Under the pieces are notes generated by a model. That model was given only the letters and a program-made list of their open reading frames with translations. It was not told the DNA's origin and ran no database searches. This document shows positions 61,360 through 64,000 of a DNA stretch of 64,000 nucleotides, in pieces (the first letter of the stretch is position 1; each line of letters opens with the position of its first letter). The DNA is from an uncultured Gemmatimonadales bacterium (lineage in GTDB: Bacteria; Gemmatimonadota; Gemmatimonadetes; Gemmatimonadales; GWC2-71-9), in NCBI GenBank assembly GCA_963748815.1, contig CAVVKJ010000005.1, forward strand, positions 192,001 through 256,000, given 5' to 3'. Made by a program: the position numbers and the translations under genes.

Positions 61360-62183
61360 GCGCGCTTCACTTCGACGACGTCGGCTTCACCTACCCCGGG
61401 GCGCCGACTCCGGCGCTCCGGCACTGTTCTTTCCGCGCCGAGGCGGGCAGCGTCACCTGGCTCACCGGCGCGCTCGGCGCGGGCACCAGCACGGCGTTGC
61501 TCGCCGGGGCGGGGTTGGCCCCGCGCCACACCGGAGGAATCCGGAGCGGCGTCGTGCGGACGCTGGGAGTCGATCCAGCGGAGATGGCAGAAGTCGCGGG
61601 GCTCGGGGGGCGGGTGGCGCTGGTGCTTGCCACGCCGGCGAGCCAGCTCTCCGGCATCGCGGAGACGGTGGCGGAAGAAGTCGCCTTCGCCCCCGCCAAC
61701 CTCGGATGGCCTCGTCAGCGGATACACGCCCGGGTCGCCGACGCGATGGCCGCGCTTGACATTGCGCATCTCGCCGGCCGGGATCCCGGCACCCTGTCGG
61801 GAGGCGAAATGCAGCGTGCGGTGATTGCCGCGATGCTGGTGCTCGAGCCGGAGCTCTGGCTGCTCGACGAACCGGCGTCGGCGCTCGACGCGGCTGGCAG
61901 GGCGCTGCTTCTCGACTTGCTTCGGAGCGAGGCGGTACGGGGGGCGGCGGTGGTCGTCGCGAGCGAGGACGCGGACGGATTGCACGCGGTGGCGGACCAC
62001 GTGATCGTCTTCGCCGACGGGTCTCCCGTCCTGGACGGGGCGCCGCGGGACCTGCTCCGGGGCGACTCGATCTGGGAGGTCGGGGCTGCCTCGACGACGA
62101 TCGCCGGGCTGAGCCGTGCCGCCGGAGAGTCGCCGCCGCACCCGCTGACCGTGGATGAGGGGGTGCAGCGATGGGCGCGTTGA
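61356..62183 (+). CDS. ECF ATPase (EcfA), degenerate Walker A and H-loop
   Basis: GALGAGTST, TVAEEVAF, LSGGE, LLDEP, ASED. Confidence 0.85.
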   Translation: MSALHFDDVGFTYPGAPTPALRHCSFRAEAGSVTWLTGALGAGTSTALLAGAGLAPRHTGGIRSGVVRTLGVDPAEMAEVAGLGGRVALVLATPASQLSGIAETVAEEVAFAPANLGWPRQRIHARVADAMAALDIAHLAGRDPGTLSGGEMQRAVIAAMLVLEPELWLLDEPASALDAAGRALLLDLLRSEAVRGAAVVVASEDADGLHAVADHVIVFADGSPVLDGAPRDLLRGDSIWEVGAASTTIAGLSRAAGESPPHPLTVDEGVQRWAR

Positions 62184-62989
62184 TCCCCCTGGTGTTCGAC
62201 GGGGTCCGGTTTGCCTACGCGCGTGATCCGGTGCTGGACGGTGTGTCACTACAGATCGCGGAGGGCGAAGGCGTCGCCTTGCTCGGCGCCAACGGCGCGG
62301 GCAAGACCACCCTCACCCGCCTCGCCATGGCGCTTCTCCATCCAGCTGCGGGGCGGGTGATCACCGCGGGCCGCGACACCGCCGGCCGTCGCCCCGAGGA
62401 CCTGGCGGAGTCGGTCGGGTACCTCTTCCAGCATCCGGAGGCCCAGCTCTTCGCGCGGAGCGTGCGCGCCGAGGTGGCGTTCGGGCCGGAGCGCCTTGGC
62501 TGGTCCCCCGCGCGGATCGACGTGGCCGTCGATTCGATCCTCGATGAGCTGGGGCTCTCGGATCGGGCCGACCACCACCCCTACGACCTGCCGCAGCCGA
62601 CGCGCCGATTGGTCGCCCTCGCGGCGGCGCTGGTCGCCGATCCGCGGCTGCTGATTCTCGACGAGCCGACGGCGGGCCTCGACCGTGCGGCGCGGGGGCG
62701 CGTGGCAGGGGTGGTGCTCGCCCGGCGGGCGGCGGGCACCGCCGTGCTGGCGGTCACCCACGATCTCGCTTTCGCCGCCGGCGTGCTCGACCGGGCGGTC
62801 GTCCTGGAGGGAAAGCGGATGGCACTGGACCTCCCGATCCCAGAACTGCTCGGGAGCCATGCCGACTTTCCGGCGCCACCGCTGATGGAATTGGCGCGGC
62901 GGCTCGGCCTCGGCGGCGTCCGTCCGGCCATTGAATCGCTGGCTCCGCTCTTGACTTCTCACCCCAAGACCGGGACGCTTGAGGCATGA
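62171..62989 (+). CDS. ECF ATPase (EcfA'), degenerate signature
   Basis: GANGAGKT, FQHP, HPYDLPQPTRR, ILDEP, VTHD. Confidence 0.9.
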   Translation: MGALIPLVFDGVRFAYARDPVLDGVSLQIAEGEGVALLGANGAGKTTLTRLAMALLHPAAGRVITAGRDTAGRRPEDLAESVGYLFQHPEAQLFARSVRAEVAFGPERLGWSPARIDVAVDSILDELGLSDRADHHPYDLPQPTRRLVALAAALVADPRLLILDEPTAGLDRAARGRVAGVVLARRAAGTAVLAVTHDLAFAAGVLDRAVVLEGKRMALDLPIPELLGSHADFPAPPLMELARRLGLGGVRPAIESLAPLLTSHPKTGTLEA

Positions 62990-64000
62990 CCGCTCCCTCC
63001 TCGATCGTGGCCGCGCTGGCGCACATGCTCGATCTGCTCGCGCACGAGCCGAACGATCGCGACCAGCTCAAGACCGCCTTTCGCGACCTGTACGCGATGC
63101 TCGAGCCGGCCGGCGCCACGATCTCCATCGACGTCAAGGGGATGATCCTCGACGGCACGCCCCTCCCGCACGGCCTTCCGGGCGGTGGCGAGGTCCGGAT
63201 CCGGTTTCACTCCCACGGCATCGGGAGCATTCGGGTGCCGGCTGGCGTGAAGCCGGCGGACCTGCTCGCCGTGGTTCGCCTGCTGGCAACGGACCCGGTC
63301 GGCGATCCCACGGTGGAATCGTTCGTCCAGCGCCTCCCGGTCGAGGCGGCGCTCGCCATCCAGGTGGACGGGCCGCGCCAGCTTCCCAAGTCGAGCGATA
63401 CGCGCACCCTCGACAACCTGAGCGCACCCATCGGCGGCGCTTCGGCTCCCATTCCACCGCCGCCGCCGGAACTCCTGGCGACGTTGTCCGATCCGGGGGT
63501 GCGGGTCCGGCGCGACCAGCCGGGCTACGACCCGCTCCGCGACATCGAGGTGAAGGCGGACCTCGCGTACCGCCGCGAGGAGTGGGACGACCTGCTGCTG
63601 CTCGCGACGGAGATTCTCCGCCTCGAGAGCGCCGAAGAGGACGAGAACCGCCGCCGGCGCTATGCCGTGACGCTTCGGCGCGCCCTCCCGAAGTCCGCGC
63701 TTCAGCATGTTGCGCGGGCCGCGCTCTCCGAGGGGCGGCGCGTCGAGGCCACCGCCGTCCTGAAGCGCATGGACGCTGACGCGGTGGAGGCGCTGCTGGA
63801 ACTCCTGACCGCCGCCCCGACCCTCGGGGAGCGGCGCGGCTACTTCTCCGTCCTCACCAAGATGGAAACGGGCACCGACCGCATCGTGCATCGCCTGCAC
63901 CATCCGGACTGGTTCGTGGTGCGCAACGTGGCGGAGCTCTGCGGGGAGCTGCGACTCGCGGGCGCGGCACGGGCCCTGGCGGAACAAGCGCGGCATCGCG
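62986..64000 (+). CDS. HEAT-repeat-containing protein (runs off the window; absent from the ORF track)
   Basis: ATGA overlap; open frame MTAPSSIVAALAH... reaching LHHPDWFVVRNVAELCGEL. Confidence 0.75.
   Translation, partial: MTAPSSIVAALAHMLDLLAHEPNDRDQLKTAFRDLYAMLEPAGATISIDVKGMILDGTPLPHGLPGGGEVRIRFHSHGIGSIRVPAGVKPADLLAVVRLLATDPVGDPTVESFVQRLPVEAALAIQVDGPRQLPKSSDTRTLDNLSAPIGGASAPIPPPPPELLATLSDPGVRVRRDQPGYDPLRDIEVKADLAYRREEWDDLLLLATEILRLESAEEDENRRRRYAVTLRRALPKSALQHVARAALSEGRRVEATAVLKRMDADAVEALLELLTAAPTLGERRGYFSVLTKMETGTDRIVHRLHHPDWFVVRNVAELCGELRLAGAARALAEQARHR

Overview
This is a high-GC, gene-dense bacterial chromosomal segment with about 60 CDS. I found no rRNA, tRNA, CRISPR array, transposase or phage genes. 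Gene content (zinc-ribbon Ser/Thr kinase, DUF5916-type, HEAT-repeat and FadL/SGNH proteins) suggests Gemmatimonadota; this is an inference, not a database result. At least nine genes, including the essential leuS, are broken by single-base frameshifts, which most likely reflects uncorrected long-read indels. Core genes: gyrA, leuS, fabH, nth, polX, pncA/pncB-like, a cyclophilin and a cardiolipin synthase. Most notable observations: (1) a ceruloplasmin/hephaestin-like two-domain multicopper oxidase lipoprotein directly behind a ferritin-like+VIT1/CCC1 transporter, near an ECF/ZAS/PDZ module and YggX; (2) a hybrid kinase-receiver-Cys-rich lipoprotein-RsbW/STAS-PP2C-patatin partner-switching island with no linked sigma factor; (3) an ECF transporter whose two ATPases carry complementary defects, leaving one predicted active site; (4) a PolX lacking all three polymerase aspartates; (5) composite 3'-end elements made of G-tract octamer arrays plus 26-bp palindromes, with one array inside a CDS; (6) a recurring TAnnnT-N6-ATG leaderless-type architecture.
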